From assembly GCF_006345805.1 (NCBI RefSeq), contig NC_043002.1, positions 88,660,001-88,724,000 on the forward strand: a DNA stretch of 64,000 nt, read 5' to 3'. Positions 48,833 through 61,674 of this stretch are shown here, piece by piece (position 1 is the first letter of the stretch; every line of letters starts with the position of its first letter). The notes beneath the pieces are model-generated. The model worked only from the letters and a program-made list of their open reading frames with translations, was not told the origin of the DNA and did not search any database. A program made the position numbers and the translations under genes. This stretch comes from Octopus sinensis (lineage: Eukaryota).

Positions 48833-49246
48833 ATGTGGCAAAGAAATAAATGAGATACTTACTCATACCCATGGAAGAAGCAAAACACTAAGTCATGAGC
48901 ACAATTAAGTACCCCAAATACATCCAAAATAGAAATACTCCAGCCCATTCAAGACACGTGCGATTTGAACTGAGGCTCTCACAGAGTGAAAGAGTCCAGA
49001 AGTGAACACTTAAATTTATATTTAATGAAGGATAAAATTTTTTTCGAAAAAAAAAAAATTTTATCAATGGCCAGCATATTAAAAAATACCTTTAAAGGTT
49101 AAAATTATAAACAACTTATAAATAAGGGCAAACAAAAAATTTCTAATGCCAAATATGCCAAAAATTGGACATAACCATATAATTTTTCACAATACACATG
49201 CTACTCGAAAAAAAAGCTGACAGAAATTTCTAAAAAATTTCCATTA

Positions 49247-49306
49247 TTACCATATCGGACCGATTTCAGGGTAAGTTCGTAAGAACCCTCCCTTTGTCAG
49301 TGATAA
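49247..49306 (-). ncRNA. Type I hammerhead ribozyme, stems intact, G8-to-A core change
   Basis: TTATCA-CTGACAA-AGGGAGGGTTC(TTAC)GAACTTACCCT-GAA-ATCGGTCCGAT-A-TGGTAA. Confidence 0.75.
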
Positions 49307-49455
49307 ATGTGGCAAAGAAATAAATGAGATACTTACTCATACCCATGGAAGAAGCAAAACACTAAGTCATGAGCACAATTAAGTACCCCAAATACATCTA
49401 AAATAGAAATACCCAGCCCATTCAAGACACGTACGATTTGAACTGAGGCTCTCAC

Positions 49456-49695
49456 ATATATGTGTGTGTGTGTGTGTGTTTGTGTGTCTGTATTTGTCTC
49501 CCCCAACATTGCTTGAAAACTGATGCTGGTGTGTTTACATCCCTGTAACTTAGAAGCTCGGCAAAAGTGACCAATAGAATAAGTACTAGGCTTACAAAGA
49601 ATAAGTCCTGGGGTCTATTTGGTCGACTAAAGGCGGTGCTCCAGCATGGCCACAGTCACAAGACTGAAACAAGTAAAAGAGTAAAAGAGTAAAAG
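49456..49695 (+). mobile_element. SINE family A 3' module (continuation of 48350)
   Basis: Family consensus and tail. Confidence 0.85.
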
Positions 49696-51199
49696 TGTAA
49701 AGTCATGAGAATTTGCTTGTAAAACAAGAGCTTTTTGTACCAATAGCCTGCTCTCATATCTCTCACAGGTGATTTTTTTTTCCATTCAGAAGTTTTATAA
49801 TAACTGTCAGGAGGGTTTCACTGGTGATGTCATATATTTTGGGAGAGGCATTTACATAGTATTATTGACTTTATAATTCATTTAACCTTACTGAGTCACA
49901 ATTGTCTTATTGTTTTATATCTCAGATTTCCTGCCAGAATGACTCCAGGTCCACCAAGGGAAGAGCATTTACAACTTTGATATGTGTCTGTGTATATATA
50001 TATATATAAACCAAGTTATTGATGTCAACAACTATGTAATAACCAACTACTTAACACGACAGCATTGACACTTGTGTGTGGATAATTATATTTATGTCAA
50101 TACTATATTTGGCCTCATAAACTTCATTAAAAAGTTATGAGGTAAATTGCTTTTATATTTGATTGGGAATTAGAAATGTAATTCTGAAATTGCCTTCCTC
50201 CTGTTCAACCTTTCCCTCAGAAACACTATTTGTGAGTAATTACTTAGCAACTGACATTTGATATTCATGAGTATTCACAGAATGTTAGTCCCCACTGACC
50301 CCAAACTCAGATATAACTCCAATTATTCAGGCTACTGCTCTATCATGTTAAACCCAATATTGTTTTTTTTTTCTTTTTACATTCATAAAAATATCCAAAT
50401 GTCAGATTACATCTTTTCTCTTAATTATACACTGGAAGTACTTTATATCTTCTTGACGTGGGATGGCTAAAAAGCAATAGTCATAATGTTCAATTGGATC
50501 TAATAACATTCTGGGGAGGAATTTTTCTGAATATTTCAGGTTCTTCATTAAATATATTAAAAAACTGAAACTGTAAAATATTCGCTGCAAGTGAGGCAGT
50601 TTTAATTTTAATCAAAATGGTAATTTCTGTTTAGTTATATCAAGGTCAGTTTTGACATGGACAATTATGGTTGATTGACTCAACCTAATAATAATAATGA
50701 TGATGATGATGATGATAATGATAAAGTACCAGATAGTGGCTCTCATGGCTTCTGATCTTAACTGATTGGAAGTGTTATCATGTACATATTTTGTCTTGAT
50801 ATATAACATGGGCTACAGTAAATATTCTGCTCAATACCACAGATTTGCTTGTCACTCGCTTGAGCATGTCTCTTAATGGCACATAACATGTACCTTTCTG
50901 ATTGTCCGCAGGAGTAATGGGGGAGCATTATAGCCATGTGTTGAGAGGAATTATTTGTGGTTTGAATAATTCATTTCTGAAAACATGAGTGTTTCATTCA
51001 TCATCTTTAAACCTTATTCAGGGATCTTGGGCCTCATCTGCAAGGTCATGCACTGTTCATTTTGATATGTTGTGCAGATATGGTTGTGATGTATATACCT
51101 GGTGTACCCTTATCAGGTGGGTAGTCATGATGGGTATATTAAGCTTTGTGTATTTGTACCTCAACATCAATTTGATGGCATGCACTGCTCTCTAACTCA

Positions 51200-51400
51200 T
51201 ATCATCATCATCATCATCATCGTCGTCCTCATCCTCATCGTCGTCCTCATCCTCATCATCATTGTTTAACGTCTACTTTCCATGCTGGCATGAGTTGGAC
51301 GGTTTGACTGTGGACTGGCAAGCCAACAGGTTGCACCAGGCTCCAATCTCACCTGGCAAGGTTTCTACAGCTGGATTCCCTTCCTAACACCAACCACTTG
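51200..51400 (-). mobile_element. SINE family C, 3' part
   Basis: Family consensus. Confidence 0.8.
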
Positions 51401-51582
51401 TTAGCATGCCAGGCAAAATGCTTAGTGGCATTTCGTATGTCTTTATGTTCTGAGTTCAAATGAAGCTGGAGTCGACTTCACCTTTCATCTTCTTGGGGGT
51501 CGATAAAATAAGTACTAGTTATGTACTAGGGTTGATAAAATAAGTACCAGTCAAGTACTGGGGGTGGGGGTCAATGTAATCA

Positions 51583-51631
<49 letters not shown>

Positions 51632-51840
51632 CATTTAGCAAGCAGGGAAAAATGTTTAGCAGCATTTTGTCCCCCTTTAGGTTCTGGGTTCAAATGCCAC
51701 CAGTGGTGACTTTTCATTTCATCCTTTTGGGGTCAATAAAACAGTATCAGTTGATTACTGGGGTCGATGTAATCAACTTAGCCCTTCTTCCAAAATTGCT
51801 GGCCTTGCGCCAAAATTTGAAACCATTATTATTATCACAC
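51400..51840 (+). mobile_element. Two SINE family B copies separated by (ATT)n
   Basis: Family consensus at about 51400-51570 and 51620-51840. Confidence 0.75.
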
Positions 51841-52099
51841 ATAAGAAGTGTGCAATATAATTTGTAATAAATGGAGATTGATTCTGTTCATTGAATTGAA
51901 TAATATTTTCACAATACTGTTCAATAAACAAAGTCAATGTCTATTACAAATCGTATTACACTTTCCTTATTGTGTACTACCTTCATGAAAAGTTACATCA
52001 ATCTTCATAAATTATTATTATCGTTATAATATTCTAGCTTGAGTTTGGAGTATTTTAGTTACTAGCCAGGTCTCTCCCTGAGTCCTACAGCAAGTGACT

Positions 52100-52325
52100 A
52101 TGTTATAGTCCTTTCTACTATAGGCACAAGGTCTGAAATTTGATTGAGGAGACTACTCGATTACATCAACCCCAGTGTATCACTGGTACTTAATTTATCA
52201 ACCCTGAAGGGATGAAAGGCAAAGTCAACCGTGGCAGAATTTGAACTCAGAATGTAGTGATGGACAAAATGCTACTAAGCATTTTGCCAGGTTGCTAACA
52301 ACCCTGCCAGCTCACTGCCTTAAGT
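52100..52325 (-). mobile_element. SINE family B, full length
   Basis: Family consensus. Confidence 0.85.
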
Positions 52326-53178
52326 ACCTATGTTATAATGATAGAAATTTTTTCAAAAGATGGGCTGTAGAGGTTAGTGCAATTTTTTAGACATCATGTG
52401 TATTTGATTTTCAATGAAGATTGAATACCCTTTTTTAACTATGCCTAGTGTTATTTTCAGTTTCATCATTTTGCTGATTTCTATCTCTCTAGTAGGTATT
52501 TTGCTGTGAGTAGAGCAAACAACAAAACCAAAACAAAATAGTACACATACACTTTATTATAGTTACTGTTATAGTTACTGGGTGTCAACAAGAACAATGT
52601 AAGTCATCTGGAGGAAGTCTTTAAAATCAGAGATTATGGACAGTTTCCAAAAGTTCTTGGCTTGGCAGTGCTACAAAGGTGTGGCTTTGCCTGTTCAGAC
52701 AAACTGCACAGGCATGCGTGTCCTGGAGCTATCAACAAACAAACGTGCCTGAGCTGTGCAAAGGGCTATGAAATCACCTGGCATGATCTCAATTAGATGT
52801 CTTTATTTTGCTGAAGTGTGGAATTATGTCATACCATTGTTACCATGTGTGAGGCAGATCTGGATATCAGCCAAGTTTATCATGAAGACAAACTCACACA
52901 CTTTACTTTAGCAAGGAAAAGCTGGTTACCTTTCTCTGCTTGATGGCTACAACAAATGAAGTAGTTTGGTGGATATGGTTAAAAGTTTGAAGGACAGAGC
53001 ATTTCCCTTCAAGCCAAGCTTTTGTCAACTTCTTCAAACATACAAAGAGAAACTGGATTGCAAGAGAGGGGATGGGCAGGAACTGAATCCGATAAAAAAA
53101 ACTGTGGGGAAAGAACTTATTACATCAACCAAAAAAACTGAACACTTTTATGTTATGACATCGTTTTAATCTAAAATA

Positions 53179-53719
53179 TAGGGTAGGCCATAATGATGGG
53201 ACACATTTTAAATGCTAGTATCTTAGGTTATAAAAATGACATAGAGTACCAAATATATTTATTACATAACTGATATACAGAAATTCAACATATTATCTAT
53301 ATTTGAATATTACATCCAGGAGATGGTCACCACTACAAAGAGAACATTCACAATCTCACTTCTTCATATCATTGCACATTGCAGCCTAGTATATCTTGTC
53401 TTACAGAGGTTTGTAACAGCACAAAGGATCACCTTTCGCAATTATGCCTGTCACTTTCTAAAATGTAGTTGGAATTTTCTTTGGGCTGCAACGATAGAGT
53501 TTTGGCTGGTAAAGTATGCTTCAACCACATATGCAATTTCTTTTGGAGCCCATGACATTATGAGGGTCACCAACTACCTGTAAAAATAGTAAAAATTTTA
53601 GATAGTATGTTGAACTCTTGTATACCAGTTATGTAATAAATATATTTGGTTCTCTATGCCATTTTTATTATCCAAGATACTAGCATTTAAAATATGTCCC
53701 ATCATTATGGCCCACCCTG
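53179..53719 (-). mobile_element. Internally deleted Tc1/mariner element with a DUF4817-like HTH remnant
   Basis: TIRs of about 47 bp, (C/T)AGGGT(G/A)GGCCATAATGATGGGACA; ATG at 53558 gives MSWAPKEIAYVVEAYFTSQNSIVAAQRKFQLHF. Confidence 0.8.
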
Positions 53720-53850
53720 AATAAAGATTATTATTCTACAAGTTTTTACAAATAATTCTCATGACCTTCATTCATAACCATTCTCTGAACAATAAAAAGT
53801 GTTTCTGAAGTGTCACCTGAACACCCCATCACCACTATTGGAGATATTAT

Positions 53851-54292
53851 GGATCTTTTCGGTTTGAACGGCAGTTTTTAACATAATTTCTAGGTAACTA
53901 AAAAATTTTAAACTTCGTATGCTGGTAGAATGTGTTAATAAAACATCTTTTTCGCTTGGCTTTATTGAGAAAATTCTATAGTTTGTAAGATATTTGTTTT
54001 TTTTCTTCTATTTATTCAATTTCAACCAATCAATGATGTGTATTGAGGTTATAAACACTTTGTGCCGTATGAATATGTCCCTCGATTAAGAAACAGATTG
54101 GGTTTATTTACATTTCTGAAGAAAAAAAGATACCCTTCCCCCCACCCCTAACCCTAACACTAACCCTAACCCTAACTAACCCTAACCCTAAAATAGATTG
54201 AAATGCAATAGATCGATACTAGGGTCATAATTATGGGTGACAATTTCATATGACACCTCTAGAAAAAACTGCCATTCAAACCGAAAAGATCC
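53851..54292 (-). mobile_element. Merlin-like MITE, second copy, inverted
   Basis: Same TIRs; TSD GATATTAT / GATATTAC; imperfect (CCCTAA)n at about 54147-54190. Confidence 0.9.
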
Positions 54293-54449
54293 GATATTAC
54301 TGATTCATTCTATGTCTCTTCCTTAAGTGTGTGTAGCCATATGGCTCCTCTACAACAAGAACCTACTCTACCCTAATCTCTTCTATCATACCTTAACTAC
54401 CATCTATCATAAAGATGCCCACACCCTATCCTTTTGGGTTTAGTAGACT

Positions 54450-54735
54450 TGTGAGCTACATAGTGATCTCGCTAGTACCAGTGGCATGAAAAAAGCACCC
54501 TGTACACACTGTAAAGTGATTGATATTATTAGGAAAATCATTCAGCCATGGAAATGATGCCAAAGCAGACACTGGAGAACAATGCAGTTTTTTGACCCAT
54601 TGGATCCTTGTCACACCATCCAACCCATGCCAGCATGGAACATAGATGCTAAATGATGATGAAGATAAGGATGAGCGACCTGGACATCAAATGATAGTGG
54701 TGGTGACAACAATGATGATGATAATGATGACGATT
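54450..54735 (+). mobile_element. SINE family C, diverged
   Basis: CCAACCCATGCCAGCATGGAA..AAATGATGATG. Confidence 0.65.
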
Positions 54736-56094
54736 TTTTAGAGTTATACCTGCGTTTCATAACTGACCACGTGTTGAAACTTGAGAAGCTACGTCATGGA
54801 AGATTCAGTTTAACAGTTTGACAAGACACTAAAATTATTACATTCACTTTGGTAATATAACAGTGTCTACTGTAAAGTGTCAAGACTATGCAGTGGGATT
54901 GTATCAGTGACCAAGCAACATATGTGCAATAAAAATTTTTGATACTTCATAATAAAAAGTACCATCAAGAAATAAATGAAAAGTGAATGTCATGGTTTTT
55001 GTGTTGTCAAATGGCTAACCCTTTAACTATGAAATTAAATTTCATGGTTATTCCAGTAACAATGTTAAATATCAGCCAAAAAATAAAATTGGCTGTAAAA
55101 AATTGGCATTTTCTGCAAATCATGTTACCTCAGTAAACTTGACACATCTCAACAGAAAATAGTTTCAAACATGACATTCCTCAACAAAAGATGGGCTGGT
55201 ATATAAAACTGCTTCCTACAGTTAGGGGTAATGAAATATAGAGTGGATATATCTGACGTAATGAAAAAACAAACAAAAAAACAAAGAAAATCTGGCACAA
55301 AAATGATGTCATGAGCTGGAAATGTTATCACATGATATTAACAAATTTCTAATTATGGAATTTATTGCTGACATAAAATTAAAAGCTAATTTAGAGTTGG
55401 CATATAGACAAGGGCTAATTTAGGCTAATTCAGGGCTAACATAAGGTCAAGGGCTAATTTAAAGTTAATTTAAGGCTAAGGGCTAATTTGAGAATAGTAT
55501 CTAAAATATGGGTACAGGTATAGTTGCAAGGTTAAGGTGTTCCATTTGTGACCATATTCTTTAAGGTTTGAATTCACTGTACTCAATACCTTGGGCAAGT
55601 GCCTTCTACCACAGCTTCAAGATGACCCTTATCCTTTTGGTGGCATTTGATAGATGAAAGCTGAGCAAAAGAATATTGTACACATGTGTGTGTGTGTCTG
55701 TCTATGCATGCATGTGCATGTATGTGCATGTGTGTGTGTGTATGTGTATGTGTACTAGTGTAAACATCTAGCATTGTGTCAAAAGTTCAAGTGTAAATTG
55801 ATAAATTAAGTAATCAGTAATCAGACTGAAGTTAGTGCTGGGGGTTGATACAATCAACAAAAACACTTCTAAATAGTAACCAAGTATGGCTACATTCCAA
55901 TAATTGAAAACAGATAAAAAGAAATAATAATAAATGAATAAAAGAATAAAACACAAACAGAAAGATTAGTTATGGTAGGAAATAATGCTTTATACAGAAT
56001 GTTTCAGGATGTTTATATAGTTCGTTTCAAGAAAACAGAACAAGCAAATGGCTATAAAATATATTATCAGTCAAGACTGAATGGGGACATTCAT

Positions 56095-56300
56095 AAGGCA
56101 GCGAGCTGGCAGAAACGTTAGCACACCAGGCAAAATGCTTAGCAGTATTTTGTCTGTCGTTACGGTCTGAGTTCAAATTCCGATGAGGTCAACTTTGCCT
56201 TTCATCCCTTCAGGGTCGATAAATTAAGTACCAGCTGTGCACTGTGGTTGATGTAATCAACTTAACCCCTTTGTTTGTCCCCTTGTGGGCAATAAAGAAA
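56095..56300 (+). mobile_element. SINE family B, full length
   Basis: Family consensus. Confidence 0.85.
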
Positions 56301-56619
56301 TAAGGCTGAATGGAGACAGAAAATAGTGATAAAATGTTAGTTGGGAAAGATAAAGATGTCTTCAGTTATAAAAGGGATTAGGAAATTTTCTAGCACTTAA
56401 ACAATATATCTAATAAATATTTCTTAAATAACTTTTTCTTCAAAATATCATAGATGGTCCCGTAACTCTTTCTACCGATCTTGTCATTTTTTTGTCAAAT
56501 ATCTACTCAACTATGCATCATACTTTAAATAATTCAACTGTTGATAGGCCAGATTACAATGGTATTTGTCCAGAAACAACATCTGTTGTACATGTACTGT
56601 GTTAAGAACACAATAAATA

Positions 56620-57010
56620 TTACTCTTTTACTCTTTTACTTGTTTCAGTCATTTGACTGCGGCCATGCTGGAGCACCGCCTTTAGTCGGGGAAATCGACC
56701 CCTAGTACTTATTCTTTGTAAGCCTAGTACTTATTCTATCAGTCTCTTTTGCCAAACCGCTAAGTTACGGGAATGTAAACATACCAGCATCGGTTGTCAA
56801 GCGATGTTGGGGGGGGGGGGACAAACACAGACACACATATATATACGACGGTCTTCTTTCAGTTTCCGTCTACCAAATCCACTCACAAGGCTTTGGTCAG
56901 CCCGAGGCTATAGTAGAAGACACTTGCCCAAGGTGCCACGCAGTGGGACTGAACCCGGAAGCATGTGGTTGGTAAGCAAGCTACTTACCACACAGCCACT
57001 CCTGCGCCTA
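56620..57010 (-). mobile_element. SINE family A, full length, minimal linker
   Basis: Family consensus. Confidence 0.9.
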
Positions 57011-57139
57011 TTGGAGGGAGATGCAAAATTGCTGCAGTGGTAGCCAGCGAGAATGCCAGATTCATGCCAACCTTTTGGAAATTTTCCAGCAAGATATTCT
57101 TGCAAGTAACTAAATAAAAAAAAAAAGGTCAAGTTAGCT

Positions 57140-57365
57140 TCTTGAGTCATGTACAAGGGCCAGTTTCCTAATTTCATGGTGCATATCCCCACCAGGATGG
57201 GACGCCAGTCTGTTGAAGGATTACTCATTTTTGCCAGCTGAGGGAACTGGAACAATGTGAAATGAATCGTTTTGCTCAAGAATACAATGCATTGCCCAGT
57301 CCAGGAATTGAAATCACAATCTTACGATCATGCGTCCAATACCCTAACCACCAAGCTGTGCCTCC
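57140..57365 (-). mobile_element. SINE family D head with a third tail variant
   Basis: GCTCAAGAATACA..CCAGGAATTGAAATCACAATC..CCTAACCAC head; tail ATGGGACGCCAGTC differs from the other D copies. Confidence 0.65.
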
Positions 57366-57874
57366 ACAGTAGTTACAGAGAATAAGAATTCATCATCTCT
57401 GATATAGGAAAGAACAATGGATAGAAAATATACCTGTGTTGTGAACAGTCATCTAGCTGATTAAAAGTCCAGTTTAAACAGTTAATGTATTTTCAAATTA
57501 AAATAGCAAGTTATGCATCATACTTAATGTATGTATACATAGGTGATAGGTCAGTTAGTACAGATTCATCCTGAAATAACATCTCTCATGGACATGCTGT
57601 GTTCAAAACGCAATAAATGAAAAAATACCACAGCAGTGGCCAGCATGTCCATAACAGATATTATCTTAGGACAAATTTTGCAGTAACTGGCCTATCAACA
57701 GTGTATATACACTAAGCATAATACATAGATGGCAATTTTTTATGCTGTTTCAATTGTATATATCAGATATTTTTCAACTGGGCAAATATTCACAGTGATA
57801 GTGAATGTGTTATTCACTGCTTCCTATATCAGAGGCAACAAATTCTCATCCAGGCTTGTGGTTGTCTGCAAGTA

Positions 57875-57910
57875 GACACACACACGCACACGCACACACA
57901 CATGCACACA

Positions 57911-57949
<39 letters not shown>

Positions 57950-58065
57950 ACATGCACGCACGCACACACACCAAAACACACACACATGCATGCACACACA
58001 TACACATACACACACACATGCATGCGCATGCACGCACACACACGCACACATATGCATACACATAG
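57875..58065. repeat. (CA/CACG)n tract
   Basis: Direct reading. Confidence 0.9.
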
Positions 58066-59494
58066 AGAATACCAGTCAATTACTGGGGGCCATCCTGCTA
58101 CTTTCTCTTTGGAAGAAATTGGCTGTGCTTCAACCAGGAAAGGGCTCCAGAATTTTTTTAATATTCAAGGTATTTATATACACACACACACATGCATATA
58201 TATACACATACACATGCATATATATACACACAAATATATATACATACACACATATATATATACATACAAATGGGAGGTTTCTATACATTCTCCATATGAT
58301 AAATTCCATTCTCATAGCATTGATCAAACCAAAGCCAGAGCAGAAGACATTTGTCCAAAGTGCTAACTTCAACAGCATGTTTGCAGGGCAAACTTCTAAA
58401 CCACCTGTCTATAACTGCTAGTGTTTGTTGTGGGACAAGAGCCACCTTTCATCTAATCTTAAAAGCTAATCACAGCAAACATCATCATTTGTTCAGTGGT
58501 CGTTATTACAATGGTACATTGAAACATCTGACCGAGTTCTGTCTGTCTCTCTCTGAGTCTGTCTGTTTCTCTCTCTCTCTCTCTTCTGTCTGTCAGTTTC
58601 TCTCTGTGTCTGTTTCTCTCTCTCTCTCTCTCACTTCTGTCTGTCTGTTTCTCTCCATCTGTCTGTCTCTCTCTCTCTATCTCTTTCACTCTCTCTCTCT
58701 AAATATATCCCTTTCGATTTTATTAGTCTATTGATTTATACAACTAATTTTCACTGGGATTTAACAAGTAGACATATTATAATTCACTTCAAATAGTCAG
58801 GTCAGACATAAGTCTTACCCCTAAATACAGAAAAATTCTTTTCTATTGATGTCTAAATTACCAAACTTAATTTGTAAACTTTCACCAACACATTTGGTAA
58901 ATCTATTTCATTGAATTTACACTTCAGTCTCTAAAAGACAAGCCAGATAGTGCCACAATAAGATATTACCATTTTTTTAAAAATATTCTGTGTCATTGTT
59001 ATTATTTATATTATTTATACATTATGCATTATTTATCGCGTCATTATTATATTAATTTTCATATATCTCTTCATTTTAGGTTGAACATTCAGCAAAGAAT
59101 TAGTATTGAAATAAATCTAATCTTTACTATTATTAGTCATATTTTTCTTACATCTGCTGCTCTATGAGTGGGAATAATTCTCTGATGAGATGGAAAAAAA
59201 AAAATCAATTTGTAATTTGTTGATTTGCACAAATCTCATTTACAGTTATTTCTAGAACTCCTACGCCGACCAGCCTTCCTCACAGAAGATATCATGTAAT
59301 ATTTTCAATATTTCCTACAATTATTATTATCATTACTATATTCCTCATTTCTCATGTGATATTCTACTGCAAATAGAATAATTGTGCTTAGAGGGCCCAG
59401 GAGAGATTCAGAAGCCATAATAACTGGTGGATTAATTCAAATGCTAAGTTTCAGGTTAGTTGATCTAGTTCAGTATAAGTGCATTACAGAAAAT

Positions 59495-60375
59495 GAAAAC
59501 CATCATCTTCATCATCATCATCATCGTCATCGTTGTCGTTGTCGTCGTCGCCGACATCATCATCGTTGTTGTCATCACCGTTGTCGTCGTTGTCAGCATC
59601 GTCTTCATCTCCATCATTATCATCACCCCCGCCAACACCATCACCTCCACCACCACCACCATCACCTCCACCACCACCACTACAGTCTCCATCTCCTTCA
59701 TAGTCATTGTCATTACTCCCCCCCACCACCTCTCATCATTATCCTCGCCAGTCTCATCATCATTCCAACAACAGCCACTGCTTCCATCATCACCGCAACC
59801 ACCACTATCATTATCATCATCATCATCATCATTATCACCACTACACCACAATAATCATCATCACAACATCGCTATCACCTTCAGTATCACCATCACCATT
59901 GTTCTCATCACTACTACTACCACCACCACCACCTTTATCATCATCATCATCGTCGTCATTATCATCACTGTTGTTATCAACATCATCATCACCATCGTCG
60001 ACGTCGTCATCATCATCATCATCATCATCATAATCATTATCATCATCATCGTCATCATCATCATCATCATTATCATCACCATCATCGTCGGCGTCGGCGG
60101 CGTCGGCGTCAGCGGCGTCGGCGTCAGCGGCGTCGGCGTCAGCGGCGTCGGCGTCAGCGGCGTCGGCGTCAGCGGCGTCGGCGTCAGCGGCGTCGGCGTC
60201 AGCGGCGTCGGCGTCATCATCATCGTCATCATCATCATCATCATTATCATCATCATCATCATCGTCGTCGTCGTTGTCATCATCATTATCATCATCATCG
60301 TCGTCATCATCGTCGTGTCATCATCAACATCATCCTTATCATTCCAACCACCACCACCACCACCACCACTGTCAT
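59495..60375. repeat. (ATC/GTC/ACC)n tract including a 15-bp CpG-rich array
   Basis: GGCGTCGGCGTCAGC repeated 7 times plus a partial unit at about 60087-60215. Confidence 0.9.
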
Positions 60376-60529
60376 TACCACCGTTGTTGCATGTATCCAC
60401 CTTGTACCGCACTATTAGCTGCCACAGGAATTATTTTCAATTACTCTCACCTCTGGTTGTGAGGTCTCTTGCGTCGTCTGCTGATATTTGAGGAACCTCC
60501 TGGATGTAGGTGTGTAAATAATGCATGAG

Positions 60530-61309
60530 AGTAGGTGTGTAAATATTTTGTGTGATTGTGTATATGTGTGTGTGTGTGTGTGTGGTTGTGCGTGTGTGTG
60601 TATGTGTGTATCTTTGTGTGTGTGTTTGAGTGTGTATGTGTTTGTGTATGTGTGCATGTGTGTGTATGTGTGTGTATGTTTGTGCATGTGTGTGAGTGAA
60701 TGTGTGTGTGTGCGTGTGTTTGAGTGTGTGTATGTGTTTGTGTATGTGTATGTGTGCATACGTATGTATGTGTGTGTATGTTTGTGCATGTGTGTGAGTG
60801 AATGTGTGTGTGTGTGCGTGTGTTTGAGTGTGTGTATGTGTTTGTGTATGTGTATGTGTGCATACGTATGTATGTGTGTGTATGTTTGTGCATGTGTGTG
60901 AGTGAATGTGTGTTTGACTGTGTGTATGCGTGTGATTGTATGTGTATGTTTGTGTGTGTTTGTGTGTGCATGTGTTTGTGTGTGTGTGTTTGTGTGTGTG
61001 TGTTTTTGTGTGTGCGTGTTTGTGTGTGCGTGTTTTTGTGTGTGCGTGTTTGTGTGTGCATGTGTAGGAGTGTGTATTTCTCTCTGTGTGTATGTGTGTT
61101 TGTGTGTGTGCTTTTGTGTGTGTGTGTGTTTCAGTGAGTATGAGTTTGTGTGTGTGTGTGTGTTTGTGTGTGTATGCGTTTGTGTGTGTATGTGTGTACA
61201 TGTGTACGTGTGTGTATGTGTGTGTTTGTTTATGTGTGTATGTGTGTGTGTTTTTGAGTGTGTGTATGTGTTTGTGTGTGTTGCTATGTCTATGTGTGTA
61301 TATATGCAC

Positions 61310-61349
<40 letters not shown>

Positions 61350-61350
61350 A
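60530..61350. repeat. Complex (TG)n tract with local higher-order repeats
   Basis: Direct reading. Confidence 0.9.
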
Positions 61351-61674
61351 AATAGAATGCTATATAACACAGTGTTTCTGTGTTGCAAATGTCATCTGTT
61401 TATGCAATGAGACCGCTGTTCCTCTTCGCTGTTCCTCTTCGTATATCCTGTTCACAACTACAAGCCTCATTTAACAGCAGCTGAAAGATAAAAAAAAAAA
61501 AACAAAATGGCAAAAAAGAAGTAGAAAATGCTCTAGGTAAATAATAACTACCATCATTTTTTCCACTGCCAGGTGTGGACGGATGGCGGGATGTGGAGGG
61601 GAGGTTGGGGATAATCCCTATCCTGCGAAAAACCGGAAATGATGTACGGTTCTAACCTACCTCCTTAATACTAA

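Larger units (their letters stand above)
48535..49455 (-). repeat. About 1.9 tandem copies of a 474-486-bp hammerhead-bearing unit
   Basis: TTTAATG(T/A)AGGATAAAATT at 48535 and 49021; the copies are colinear with small indels. Confidence 0.9.

Noticed and set aside
50720-51195. GC-richer block that looks like a dispersed repeat
   Set aside because: Single copy in the window with no diagnostic termini or coding motif, so it cannot be classified here.
52590-53170. GC-richer stretch with short ORFs
   Set aside because: Stops in the frames I examined and no recognisable domain.
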